A stretch of 63,195 nucleotides of DNA, filler included, from Basidioascus undulatus (taxonomy: Eukaryota), in NCBI GenBank assembly GCA_000826855.1. It is 14 parts of 14 records of this genome, joined end to end, with 100 filler letters (N's around TTAATTAATTAA, not from the genome) between each part and the next. Parts side by side here need not be neighbours in the genome. Positions count along the whole stretch, not along the records: positions 3,053 to 26,815 come from JTLS01000258.1; positions 26,916 to 29,867 come from JTLS01002580.1; positions 29,968 to 32,917 come from JTLS01002581.1; positions 33,018 to 35,966 come from JTLS01002582.1; 10 more parts are not named here. The stretch is one strand, 5' to 3'. This document shows, in pieces, positions 23,962-35,966 of the stretch. The translations under genes and the position numbers were made by a program. The notes below the pieces were generated by a model that made no database searches, was not told the DNA's origin, and worked only from the letters and a program-made list of their open reading frames with translations. Numbering within the stretch: position 1 is the first letter of the stretch; every line of letters begins with the position of its first letter.

Positions 23962-25054
23962 GATGCTGGAAGGAAGAAGACTGCAAGAAAGCAGAACGAT
24001 GCGTTAGTTTCCCGGAAGTAGCGGGCGCCAGCATACCCCTGTCAAGCCACGGCGCGCTTTGTGGCGTGATTTGTACGCACGTGAGAATTCGTTGAGATCC
24101 TAAGAAATTCTGAAATTTGGGCGACAGAGAAGACTCAGAGTATGGTGATTGAGCAAGAAAGGCGATGGCAAGTCAAGCGTGGCAATTTTTGAACTCAGCG
24201 AGGACAGGAGTTGTCAGGATCGGCAGGAGAGGTGGTGTGATGAAGAAAACCGAGGCCACACGGGCAACGTCCTGCAGGCGATACTTATCTCGCACAAAAG
24301 CTGTATTGACACACTGTGGGCTGGGACTTGAACACAACATCTCGCATTGAATAGTGGTGAGTAAATCTGTACCTCCTCGTGACACTATCCTCATCGTGAG
24401 CGCCGTGAGATGGCTGCACTCCGTTTGAGACCTCAGCGGGAAGAAGGTCCAAATTATGTGCTGCAGTGGTAATTCAACATATAGGGTGTCTTGCAACTGA
24501 ATATTGCGCATCACAGGTGCAGCAAGAGCACTGAATGTTGTGAAGAGCAAGTCACTGCAGCCAGCGAGTGAGCAAGGCATCCTGCGTGTCGGCAGGATCC
24601 CCCTGCGCCGAGATAACGGCAGCGGTTGAAAGTCCACAAAGGCACATACAGGTTTAATGCCTGTTATCTGGGATCAATGGTGCCGCCTAGTACAGATAGA
24701 TGTGTTGCAAGCGAATCCAGGACTTTGACAAGCCTGGATCTCGAAGACTGGCATGGGGCCTGAAGGTGCGCTGGCTATCATGTTCAAGTCATGATCTCGT
24801 GAGTAACCAGTCTATGGCTGCATTGTCTTCTTGTAAAAAACATCATGATGGTGTCAAAAATAATGGATCGACGAAGCGAAGCAGCCCGTCAACAGCCCCG
24901 GCTATTGGGGCCTCCTTTAGCAATGTGTCCCTCACATGTACCCTTCGAAGATATTTTGAAGTGTCTAAATCAATACCCCCATCAGTAAGTTGAGTGACTG
25001 TGTGAAAATTTTCACGAGGAACTGCACAGTCGCCTTGCAGTGCGTTTTGCGAAC

Positions 25055-25064
25055 GTGACGTCAC
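25055..25064. promoter_or_regulatory. Perfect CRE/ATF palindrome GTGACGTCAC upstream of the DUF726 gene
   Basis: 10-bp palindrome ending about 80 nt before the ATG at 25146. Function is inferred only. Confidence 0.3.
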
Positions 25065-25145
25065 TTCGGCTGCCCGTGAGCTGTGCATGTGCAGCTTGCC
25101 TTCTCTTGATCTCTTGATCGCCATCTTTATCTCCACTCCCGGGCC

Positions 25146-26815
25146 ATGCCAGCAGATTTACCCGATCCCAAGCCAACAGAGTATCCGCGCGAGACAGCCT
25201 TCGCACTCGGCATTGGAGCGCGCTTCGCCTCGCTCGCGGTATCGACCCGTGCGCCCGAGGACAGGCGCGCAGGATGGAAGGAGGAGACTGAGCGGTGGGT
25301 GGAGAGGATCTGCAACGTGGTGAGTCTTGCAGTCTATGAAAAGGGGGAGCATTAAAGGCTGAGCGTAGACTTGGAACCAGCTCGACATTTCTTCAGACCA
25401 CCTCCCCTCCTCCCCCACCACCGAAACCGTCTCCGCCCTCTCCCCATCCATCCCTTCCAACCTTCACGCGCCCCTCACACGCTCCCTTCTCCTCTCGTCT
25501 CTTTCTCTTCCAACGCCCGAGGCCTCCAACGACCCCACAACCAGCCAGCCCGAGTACACTGCCCTGGCGCGAGCGTGTCTTCGCGCGCTGCTCGCCGCTC
25601 TCGGTCTCCCCGAGCAGCTGCTCCGCGACGCCGAACCACAGGCGTCCCGCGAGCTGTGGGTTGCTGCGAAGGCGGGAGAGGCTGGAGTGAGAGACGATAA
25701 GATTAAAGAGGCCAGTGGGGAGGCGGTGAAGGAGAGAAGCGAGAAGGGTAAGTGGTTGCGGTACGCGGCTACGGGTGCCGGCGTTGTTGTACGTCTTCGT
25801 CCTCTGTCCCGACGCTCTCATCATATCTTATCAGTCGTCATTGTCTAGCTCGGCGGAGTCGCAATCGGCCTGACAGGTGGTCTCGCCGCGCCAGCGCTCG
25901 CCCCGCTCCTCGGCGCCGTCCCAGCCCTCGGCTTCCTGGCAACCTCTGGCGGCGCCGTTCTGATTGGAACGGTTTTCGGAGTCACAGGAGGCGGATTGAC
26001 TGTAACCACCTGATTCAACGTGATCATCACAGCGCCCGCGTTCCTGACGATCTTTGTCATTGTCAGGGGTATCGCGTCAAGCGGCGTGTAGCGGGTGTGA
26101 GCGAGTTCGAGTTCCGCAAGCTCGGTCCGCAGCCGGAGGGCGTCGAGGACGTGCACATCGAGAAGGGCGAGGAGGGCGAGAAGAAGGAGGATGGCAGTGG
26201 GGGAAGCTTGCTGAGCAAGTTTATGAAGTTGAATGTCGGTGAGAATGTGGGAGGTGGTGGGAGCAAGAAGAAGAAGGAGGAGCTCGAGAAGGCCGTGGAC
26301 AAGGTGAAGGAGGCGCCTATGGAGGCCGTGCCGAGCTTGACGGTGCGTTCGTCACCTGCCTCAATGCCGCTTTCCAATACTGACGAGACGCGGTTGGAGT
26401 AATAGGCTACCATCTGCTCGACCGGCCTGCTACTCGAGTCGCACCGCGAGGCGGTGACGACGTGGGAGCCGCCCTTCGATACGCTCGCGCGTTCGGATGG
26501 GCGCGACAGCTGGGCGCTGCTATACGAGACTGAAGGTACGTTTTTCATTCTCATATCATTTGCAGCGCATGTGTAATTTACCACGAGGGGCACCGCAGTC
26601 ATGCGGAACGCTGGCTCGGGCATCAATTCCTGGGTCGTAAACAAGGTCCTTGGTATGGCTGGGAAGGAGGTTCTCAAGGTGCGTCTGGAATCAGTGTGTA
26701 CATCCGAGATGACAGAGCTCGGATCTGATGGAGAGCTGCCTGCAGCTGACGGCGGCGGGTGCCTTCCTTGCCGCCGTGTCGCTGCCGCTGTCCATCTATA
26801 ATACCGGCGGGCTTC
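25146..26815 (+). CDS. DUF726 / TMCO4 (Mil1-like) alpha/beta-hydrolase-family membrane protein, truncated at 3' end
   Basis: Spliced: MPADLPDP...ERICNV|...YTALARACLR...KWLRYAATGAGVV|LGGVAIGLTGGLAAPALAPLLG...FGVTGGGLT|GYRVKRRVAGVSEFEF...|ATICSTGLL...WALLYETE|..MRNAGSGI...|LTAAGAFLAAVSLP. Confidence 0.9.
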
Positions 26816-26915
26816 NNNNNNNNNNNNNNNNNNNNNNNNNNNNNNNNNNNNNNNNNNNNTTAATTAATTAANNNNNNNNNNNNNNNNNNNNNNNNNNNNN
26901 NNNNNNNNNNNNNNN

Positions 26916-27015
26916 TTGGGTGTGTTAAGGAGGTGGTCGAGGTGAGAGATGCCGAGGGGCGGGCTGGTCGAAGACGGACGTGCGGGCTCGTGGTCTGACA
27001 TCGGCGGTGTGAGCA
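26916..27015 (-). CDS. 5' start of an unidentified gene (cut by contig end)
   Basis: MLTPPMSDHEPARPSSTSPPLGISHLDHLLNTP runs into the spacer. Confidence 0.3.
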
Positions 27016-29467
27016 TCTGGGGTGCCGGTGTTGATGCTGGTATGCTGGCTATGATGATGGCGCTGAGAAAGCCGCAGGTATCCTCTCGACGACGGAGGAG
27101 TGGGTGTAGGCGGGCAGTCGTTTCGGAGCTAGGCGCTGCACCGTACTCCGCTGCCAAAATTCGGGCCGGTCCTGAAGCGACTCCGGCCAACCGCAACGGG
27201 AAGAGTCGGGATAAAAACCACGCGGCTCCTGCCGAAGGGTGCTTGCGGGAAGCCATGGGCGCCCACTTCAAGCCCACACGCCCCGCTCGCCTTGGAACAT
27301 CGTTCTTCATGCTCAAACCGAAAGCTTCTCCAAAGCATACAGAGCCATGACTCTCTGAATGATTTTTGACCGCCATCATCGCGAGGACGACAGGATTGAT
27401 GGCGAAGAAAGCAACCAGCCTCGGCCCGGGGCGTGTTAGCCGCGCGCAACAGCAAGCTGAGCAAGTGCTCCGTATTTGCCGTTCTCCTATTTGGCCGACA
27501 TTCTCGTAGATGAGCGGGCTCCGTCATAGCTCCGCGGGCACGCTGGCGGAGCACTCCCGGAATGGCAGCCCCGGAGACAACGTGTCACGCTGCCGGCGGT
27601 AGCGCGCGTGTGCGCGGCTATTCAGAAACCAGAAGGAAGACGTGGGCCCAAGTGGACCCGGAGCGTGTTGGAGCCGTTGCCCATGAAAGACGTTACAAAC
27701 ACAATGTGCATGGGCCTGTCTGCCAGTTGTAAAGGTGGACAATACACGGGACGTGGCTCGAGGACTCGTCAGACAGTCATTACTTTCAGAGAATCACAGC
27801 ATGCTTGACTGACTAAGCAAGGGATGTCGAGAGATGTGAGCTATGAGCGGTCCAGCAAGGTCCAAACTGATCGCATCCGAGAAATCTCGGTGTACTGACC
27901 ATAGCGCGGTCCATGTCGGAGTGTCAGCTCCCCTGCAATTCTAAAGTGGAGTGCTCGCTGACTGAGCAGACATCTTTGAGGCTAGCAGCACGAGCTGCCA
28001 AGTCTCTGGACTAGAGCGAAGTATTGGTCTAAGTGTCGAAGATCTTAAGGTTTTTTTTTCTTTTGCAGTACATCCGTTTGAGCTTTTGAGCTTGGGATGA
28101 ACGTGACGGATGAGGACAGCCGTGGATCATTGCCGAACTACGAAAAGCTGGAAGGAATGTGACGGAGCAGGGGACTTCCGAGGCTATACATCTTCTGATC
28201 CGAGATATACCCCCCCTGTTCAATTACCCCCTTCCAACCGATAGGTTAAATGGGCGAGGGAATCGACAACGACGGAAGGGATGCGGGGGATTGCGACCCA
28301 TGTCAGGTATTGAGGCCCCGGAACGGAAACCACCACGCCTTTCGCGCATGGCACAGCCCCTCGTGTTCTCGAAGCCTTATATATTTGTACCACAGTCGTC
28401 CTTTAATACATGTACTTGCAAGACGCCTACTCTCGTTCCCCATGTTGGTAGACAGGAAATGAAATGACGAAGAATCGCCATTGCTCAACAGCTAGAGTGT
28501 CTCCTCTTGCGGCTTGCAGAGGGTCTTCACATCCGTGCTGTAAGTGTCCACTCTCGAACTCAAATTGGGGAATGTACATTGAGCATCTGCCCTACACGAC
28601 CAGGCTAGCACTGCAATCGAGGTGCGTTTGTCGTCAAATTTTCATTCTCGTGTCAAGCGCTCACCTCACATTAACATCCCAAAGCAATATCGACCGATAC
28701 TTTTCTCCCAACCGTGCTATCGCCTTCATTTTTTTTTCCGACAATAAAGTCGCTGCGCATAATGCCGAGGTCAGACCCAGCCCTCCGGGCATCTCTCCAA
28801 ACCTCCGAAACGCCCTGGCTGACCCGACCTTCTTCCCCGAGCGCGCAACGCCGAACCTCGCCTCTCACCTGATCAGCTCATGGCAATCTTGTTTGCTTGA
28901 GTACTCTCCCACGGCGATGGAAGTTACCGAACGGACGTGCTCCGGCAGGTGAGAAACCGCGCAGGCGGCAAACATGCAGTACGTGCGGTGTCCCGCTCGG
29001 GCGCAGATGGTCATGGGGACTGTTCAAAGTTGTGCAGGAAACTGAACAGCGGTCTGGACTCTGCTACATTTTGCAAAGCAGCGAGCAGCGACATTGGACC
29101 CATCGACCGACCGACCGGCTACGGCTCGGCTGTTTAAACAGCCTATTGCTGTGTCCGAGCTCCAGCTCGGAGCGAACAATGCCACTCACAGGACTGACAC
29201 TCATTCAGTCGAGCTGTTCTATGCCAGGCCGCTTCTGAATACCCAGCCGCATGGAAATTGCCGTTTCGAGGACGCGCACGGCCGTGAAGGCAGTACAGAG
29301 CGCTGGAAAGTGCTGCTGCATAGCATTCGTAACGTAGTGGATCTTTCACTGAAAGACCACCTATTCCGGCCACCACGTCGACCCAAGAGCCCACAGACCC
29401 CACGCCCACTCATTATCCCTCCATCTCCTTCGCTCACCACCTCCCCATCATCGCCAACCCCGACAGT

Positions 29468-29810
29468 CTACAGCTCGTCCCTCCCCCGAACCTGCTCGTC
29501 CGCCTCCGCCTCCTCCGGCTCATATGCGGGCGTCTCGCCCTTTACGTCGCCCTTCTCCGCCTCCGCCTCAGGGTCGGTGTACGCCGCGCGCTTTCGGGGC
29601 TCGCCTAATTCCCCAACCCTCAATCATCAGCCACCCCACGTCCACGCGGGAACACAGAGCACGCACCGGTCGCCCCGCCCAGCAGCTCAACATCGAACAC
29701 GAGCGTCGCCCCGCCGGGGATGACCCCGCCCGCGCCGCGCGCGCCGTAGCCCAGCTCGGGGGGAATGGTCAGCTTGCGCCGCTCGCCGACGCACATCTGG
29801 GAGAGGCCGA
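29468..29810 (-). CDS. FPR2: ER-resident FKBP peptidyl-prolyl isomerase (FKBP13/Fpr2 type), last two exons
   Basis: [43 protein letters not shown]..|GEPRKRAAY...[13 protein letters not shown] signature plus a C-terminal RDEL ER-retention signal. Confidence 0.92.
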
Positions 29811-30190
29811 CTGCGGGGGTGGAGGGAGAAGCCCGTAAGCCTCAATGCGGTAGCCTTCGACGGAAGCNNNNNNNNNNNNNNNNNNNNNNNNNNNNNNNNN
29901 NNNNNNNNNNNTTAATTAATTAANNNNNNNNNNNNNNNNNNNNNNNNNNNNNNNNNNNNNNNNNNNNCTCCGTAACGCAAGCACGGATGTGGGCGTGTCT
30001 GACAGAGCTAGGGCTGTTCAATCTGATCAACAATATGCGTCTGTATGTGGTCTAAGTCTTTGGGCGATATGGTACCATGCACCTGGTCGGTCTCGTGAGT
30101 GTAGGCGCTCAAGCATGCCACCGGTTGCCGGTTGTGCTGCAGCTGCAGACGCAACGAGCGCTCCACTTCCGGCCGCCAGATGGCTGCTCA

Positions 30191-30258
30191 TTGTAGATGG
30201 AATAGACCGTGCAGTATAAACATCTTGTAGATTGAATAGACCGTGCAGTATAAACATC
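30191..30258. repeat. 34-bp tandem duplication
   Basis: TTGTAGAT(G/T)GAATAGACCGTGCAGTATAAACATC at 30191-30224 and 30225-30258, with one mismatch. Confidence 0.9.
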
Positions 30259-32365
30259 TCATTATGGGAGTCTAGGCAGGAATATCGCCAGTCGTCCCTG
30301 GGAAACAGGCTCACTCCTGACGTCGACCCGGGCACGGAGGATATGAACCTCAATTACAAGCACCGTTAGTCGGTCATTTGTTTGGTGAGTGGTTGATGGT
30401 TGACAGAAGACACAAAGAAGGGACTTATTGGAGGATTGTGCAGTAGAAACACACGGATGTGACGCCGTCCCCGCCACGAAACGCCAACTGCAATGGATGT
30501 CGGCTGGCAGCCTCCCAGACGCGAGCAAGTTTGTCTTGGTAGATGAATTCCAAGGAAAATTTAGACTATCGTATTCAGCTGGACAAGACCCAAGTGTCGC
30601 CTTCGTCGAAGAATAACGCGATTCATCACGAACCCCGCGCGGTGTGGCTGCGCTCGAAGGCTACCCTCAAGTCCGGGGGCCAAAGGGGCCAGAGAAGCAC
30701 AAAAAACAGATTGTGCATGTTGGACATTCCCACCCACAAGGGGGAGGCCGGCCGGGGATGTTTATGCCCGCGCTGATGAGCGCGTTCGGCGGGAAGCGGG
30801 GGGTAAAGGGCACCCCGCCTTGGGCGGGCGTCACCCCAGCCGGCACACCCGGGATGGGGCTGTGGCTGTGTTCGTGTATGGTATGAGTTATTTTGGTACG
30901 ATATTGGCTAATAGGGTAGGGGAAGGCCAGGGAAATGACTCACGCTGAGGAGCGGGGGATGCGGACACTGCGCTGAGCGCACAAAGACTAAAGAGGACCA
31001 GGAGTGCGCCGGTTGGGGTGGCCTGCACATTTATTGTAGTGTCAATTGCGCGAAGCTTCAGGTGGGGGATGCTCAGGCTCTCAATGGTTTCCTGTTGAGC
31101 CGCGGAGACAGTGTGCGGCGAGTCAAAGTCATGCCCGCGAACCAGGCTCCCGACTCGGGCGCGGGCAGGGTTCCGAGGGTTCCGATTGTCTAGGGGCCAT
31201 TTATGACTGCTAGAAAGATCATTTTGAAGATTCATTAGGGAATCTAACGTGGTGGAGAGGGTTCCGGACGCTGCAACAAAATGTTGAGCGTCGTTTGAAC
31301 GCAGTGTGCAGGCATGCAGTGCTTGCAACAAGGCTTTCACTAGGGGAACCATACACCATACATACCTCATAATATGTACATAAACTCTCATAAAGCCTCA
31401 TACTCCATACACATACATACCGCTTCGGGATGATTGGCCATATGAGGATGAAGCTCATAGTATGAATGGGGTTCCGGGGCTGAAGGAGAGCACTCTCTCA
31501 AGTCACTCCACATAGAGTGTTCAAGACTCTTGGATTATCAGAGAGTGGAACCCATCGATTATAGGGTCAGTTACTGTCTAGTTTAGCTGCTCTACTTGAA
31601 GGTCGCCGTCGGCAGCCTGAAGGCAGCTTGCCTTTCCAGTCCAGATCAGTCTGCTGTTGTCACAATGTACCTGATGATGAGAAGCTTTGGATTAATAGAT
31701 TGTTACGTCTTAAAATGATCTTAGAAACACCTTTGATAAGAGCTTGTTTAATGGCCATCTGCATGCTGAATGTGGCAGTAGTCTGCATTGCGCACTTGGC
31801 AGCTGCAGCAATCTTCTGGTTGCAACTGAGGTTGCTTGGTTATCTTACAAAACATTGTCTTGGTAATATAGCAGTAAATTAATACCACGCTTTTGCGACA
31901 TCTACACACTGGGCACTTTGGAGACTTGACGGAACAGAAGTCGCCCTCTGTCACCATGTCACAAGTCTTTCCCTTGCTAGTTCACACTGGCAGCCTTAGA
32001 GCCCAGAGTGTACATTACACGCAGTGTCAGTCATGATGTGATCTTACAATGCTCATCTTCAGCTTGTCAGGTGATTTGAAGAGCGTGTGCCTACTGACCT
32101 TGCTCCCTGCCCGATGATGTTTTCCTTTTTCTTCCTACCTCAGCACCCCCCACCACCCCAGACACAGAGGACTTCAGATATGAGGACTTGGTCCCTTATG
32201 CCTGGCTGATACATCTGACCAGGGTTCCAAGCTTTGGAAGGATGGGCACCTGATACACCATTCTCGGCAGGCAGAAGAAGTACAGGGGTAGACATACAAC
32301 AGCGCCAGCGAAACAATCAACCAACAACCAACCAACCAACCAACCCCCTCACCTCTTCCCCCACA

Positions 32366-32917
32366 TTAATACCACCCCTCGTCGTCGTCGTCGTCGTCGT
32401 CCCCGGGGCAGTTGCACCACCCGCACGCCTTCCACCTCCACCACTCCCAGTTCCTCAGCCTGCCAGGCCACGGCCCAAACATGACGTACTCCGCGGTCTT
32501 CCTCACCCTGCCGTCTGCCTCCCTCTCCCGGCCTCCTCCGCCCTCCCGCTCCTCCTCCTCGCGGCCTAGGGTCCCATATGACCTGCTCGGCGGCACCATG
32601 GTCGGTCTCCCCTGGGAGGCGGACCCGCGCCTGTACCCGGGGAACGAGAGCCCCCACCCCCAGTGCGGGCTCGACCCCGAGCGGAGGGACGCAGAGACGG
32701 ACGATCCCCCGGGGGAAGAGCCCCGCCGGGCGCGGACACGGGAGGAGAAGCGGACGTGCCGCGCAAGAGGGGGTAGGAGGAGGGAGGTGGAGGAGTGCGA
32801 GTGCGGCGAGGGGGGCGGGAGGTGCGGATTGGAGGGGAGGAGGGAGAGGCCGGCTTGGGAGGAGGAGGAGGAGGAGGAGGAGGGTGGCAAATGTGCAGAT
32901 GGGTGGTTTGGGACCAG
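32366..32917 (-). CDS. Basidiomycete conserved hypothetical protein, C-terminal part
   Basis: ORF with HVRFSSRVR, SYGTL and KTAEYVMFGPWPGRLRNWEWWRWK..C..DDDDDDEGWY*. The motif resembles uncharacterised basidiomycete proteins. Confidence 0.6.
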   Translation of the reverse strand: MVPNHPSAHLPPSSSSSSSSQAGLSLLPSNPHLPPPSPHSHSSTSLLLPPLARHVRFSSRVRARRGSSPGGSSVSASLRSGSSPHWGWGLSFPGYRRGSASQGRPTMVPPSRSYGTLGREEEEREGGGGREREADGRVRKTAEYVMFGPWPGRLRNWEWWRWKACGWCNCPGDDDDDDDEGWY

Positions 32918-33017
32918 NNNNNNNNNNNNNNNNNNNNNNNNNNNNNNNNNNNNNNNNNNNNTTAATTAATTAANNNNNNNNNNNNNNNNNNNNNNNNNNN
33001 NNNNNNNNNNNNNNNNN

Positions 33018-33859
33018 GGAAAAGAAAGCTCCACTCAAGCGCCATCCCGCTCTCCACCACCTCAGCCCCGCCCCATCCTCATCATTATCCCTCCCACCGC
33101 CCACCCCCGCATCCAATACTGACGCCTCCAATGCCACAACGACATCCACGTCCTTGACCGCTGCTGTTGCGCGGGCCATCGCAGCGGGCTTGGCTGCGTT
33201 CTTCCAGGTGCGTTCTCCGCCCTCCTACTGAGTTGGATATTTGGTGCTCAGATGATCGGTGGTCAGCGCCCTGTGCGGCTGTTCAGACCCAGCAAAGTCT
33301 CGACGTACAACACTCTCTCCCGTCTCGCTGCCCTCGAGGGCCAGCGCCTCTCCTTCCCCTTCCTCCGCCTCCTCTTCCAGCGTGACGGCTGGTCAGTCGT
33401 CACCCGGCATCTCCTGCCTCCGATACTTCTGAACTCAGTGATCGGATTTGCGTGTGTCCCTTTTCCGTCCCCTATCTCTTTCCCGCCGCTGAATGACAGC
33501 CCCCACGCAGCCTGTTCGGTGTATACACAACCACCACCTCCCTCCTCCTCCGCTCCTCTCTCCCCTCATCCGCATCCCTCCCTTCCGACCCCTTTTCCGA
33601 TGCAGACGATGATTATGAGCCCCCCGTGGACTCTGAAAAGTCCGGCCCGCTCGTCCCACCCTGGACTGTCCCCCTTCTCTCGGGCGCAGCAGCAGGCGCA
33701 ACGTCTTCCATCCTCTCCGCGCCCTTAGACGTCTTCACTCTCCCCTCCACCTCCACCTCTTCTTCCTCTTCATCACCAACCTCCTCTTCTCCGCGCCCCT
33801 CGCCCACCCCACAAGCTCCTCGACCCCGCCCTCGCCCACAACATCCTCGACCGCCCTGA
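33018..33859 (+). CDS. C365.16-like mitochondrial carrier-related protein, apparently 3'-truncated
   Basis: TSLTAAVARAIAAGLAAFF|..RPVRLFRPSKVS...RHLLPPILLNSVIGF|SLFGVYT...LLSGAAAGATSSILSAPLD, then low-complexity sequence to the stop at 33859. Confidence 0.7.
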
Positions 33860-34070
33860 TCGCGTCCCACGGCGCAACGTCCGTGCGCGCTGCGTGCTGC
33901 GCCAGGCCGGCGGCGGACTCGGCGAGGCGGGCGAGGTACGCCTCGAGGAGGGCGGTGAGCGCGTGCGACGCCGACGCGGAGGAGCGCGTGAAGCCTGTGC
34001 TGGACAGCTGGCGGAGGACGGAGAGGTGGAGGAGCGCGTGCGCGGTGGAGGGGGGGGAGGTGGCGTCCAT
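33735..34070 (-). CDS. Bromodomain-associated (BTP) histone-fold protein, TAF3/TAF8-like, short or truncated
   Basis: HALLHLSVLRQLSSTGFTRSSASASHALTALLEAYLARLAESAAGLAQHAARTDVAPWDAIRAVEDV fits the Bromo_TP histone-fold pattern. Confidence 0.8.
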   Translation of the reverse strand: MDATSPPSTAHALLHLSVLRQLSSTGFTRSSASASHALTALLEAYLARLAESAAGLAQHAARTDVAPWDAIRAVEDVVGEGGVEELVGWARGAEKRRLVMKRKKRWRWRGE

Positions 34071-34305
34071 TGCCGGGCGGGGGAGGTAAGAGATGCGAGA
34101 GGGAGGCGACGAGGACGGTGAGGAGCGAGGTCGGGACGCGCGAGGGCCAGGACGTGACCGCTGAGAGGAGAGCGAGCCCTTCGAGCGCCAAACTGCCCCG
34201 TCCTCGGTGACACCCTATGCAATGTCGTGCGTTCAATTCGCATCAACGTCCATGCATTTAAAGAAATTTTTACAGCTCCCTCTTCAATTTATGAACTGTA
34301 AGGTT

Positions 34306-34552
34306 AAGCATAGCCAGGAATCTGCCCCTTTGAGTCTTGCTCCTCTGCACCCAGCGTCCAAACGACAACGTCCAGCTGTCTCAGCTGTTTCAGCTGTCTC
34401 GTCTGTCGCATCTTGAAAGTGTTCGAACTGTCATCTGGCAGGCTCTTCCTAGGGAGGTGAACCTTTGAGCGGGGCAGCGTCTCCGGCAGGCATGGCTGCG
34501 ATGCGTGTTTTCATGGGGCAGCTGTTCAGGGGCAACGACATGACTAATGCTT
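34306..34552. mobile_element. Possible degenerate MITE
   Basis: Imperfect inverted ends AAGCATAGCCAGGAATCTGCCCCT and AGGGGCAACGACATGACTAATGCTT, with internal CAGCTG and GGGGCA motifs. Confidence 0.35.
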
Positions 34553-35655
34553 GTACGTTGCTACTTGTATAAGATCCCTCAAGGTCTCGATAAAATTCCG
34601 CCGTGGAAGATCAACGCTTTGAGGCTAGATTTCGACGAGCCTGCAGCCGTGAAGAACTGCCGCTCAAAAAGCCGCACTCACGATCCGCTCGCGGCCTTAG
34701 GCCCACCCATACACACGTGCAATTCCCAAAAGCAACACATGAAAGGCCAAGTTCAACAGATGAAGGCTACAAAACGCCAGCCTCAGCAGGAGGCGACGCG
34801 GGGTTTGGCACATTCCAGAGCCAGCACCCGCATCCGCAGCGCAACCGACTCACTCGCCTGTACTCGCCACTACTCTTTCGTCCTTCCCACATCTCTACCT
34901 CTCACATCACTGGTACCTCCCCTCAAGTATTAGCTCTACGGAGATCCCTCTAACACGTGCCATCGCGCCCTACGCTCTACGGAGCTGCCTTTGCCTCAGA
35001 GTCGCCTTCCATCGGGTCGACACAAGCTCGTTCAAGGCGCCCACGACGCTTGAAATTCATTTACGATTTCCACACATTGCCGCTTCCGCGCCGACTGCCT
35101 CTCTTTTCTCCTCATAGCTGGGGCTCTGTCTTAACGTATATTTACGCGGTGTCTCAATAGCAATCCTTAACCGCTTGTACTCATGCTCCCTCCGTCAGGC
35201 TTCCCATGCTTCCCATCCGCCCGCCGAGCATACGGAGCTCACCCACTTGCAAAGCTCTACGGAGCGTCGTCATTCCTCACGCCCTGCTCGCCCGGGCATT
35301 GTTCTTCATGACAGCGAGTGGACCTGCTTCGGAGGGTTTGAATTCTCAGTGGGATATGCGTTTCTGGAACAGAACTGCGCAGCCTGTCGTGGGGCTTGCG
35401 ACAGGCAACGGTTCTCACAAGGCCTCAGGCTGTCTCGTCACGAACCACCTTCTTGCCATTTCCGAGCGCGACGAACGAGGAAGCGCGAACGAGTTGGACG
35501 CTCTGAGAGTAAGAAATCTAGACACCTCCTCGCTGCGGGCTGCTTTTGCCAGTCGCTCAAAGCGCAATCCGGAGTATCGGCACTAGGATAGTCAGTCTCG
35601 CGTCGGACCGCATCGCACACCCAGCCAACACACATCACGTCCCTGCCCACTCACT

Positions 35656-35966
35656 CTATTTCCCCTCTCGCTTGTCCTTCCCACCCTCCTCCTTTCCCTC
35701 CTCCACACACCGCCCACACCCGCACTCGAACCCCCACTCCCCCAACCTTTCCCTCCTCTCCCTTACGCCCAAGCACGGATCCACATAGCTAACGCACAGC
35801 TCCTCGCCCGGGGCAACATCCCGCTTCGCGACGAGCGTGATCGTCCAGTCGGGGGGCACGCCGGGCTTGTTTGAGGTCATGATGTGGCGGACGGAGAGGT
35901 TCGGACTGCAAGAGTGGTTGAGATGGGAATGGAGGGCGTGGACGCCGCCGCGGGACTCTGCGTCTT
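35656..35966 (-). CDS. SMYD/Set5-like SET-domain lysine methyltransferase, C-terminal exon
   Basis: GGVHALHSHLNHSCSPNLSVRH...ITLVAKRDVAPGEELCVSYVDP...RRERLGEWGFECGCGRC*. Contains NHSC, GEELxxSY and post-SET CxCxxC motifs. Confidence 0.93.

Noticed and set aside
32412..32917. Plus-strand 185-aa ORF
   Set aside because: The minus-strand frame carries the recognisable W-rich motif and a proper stop.
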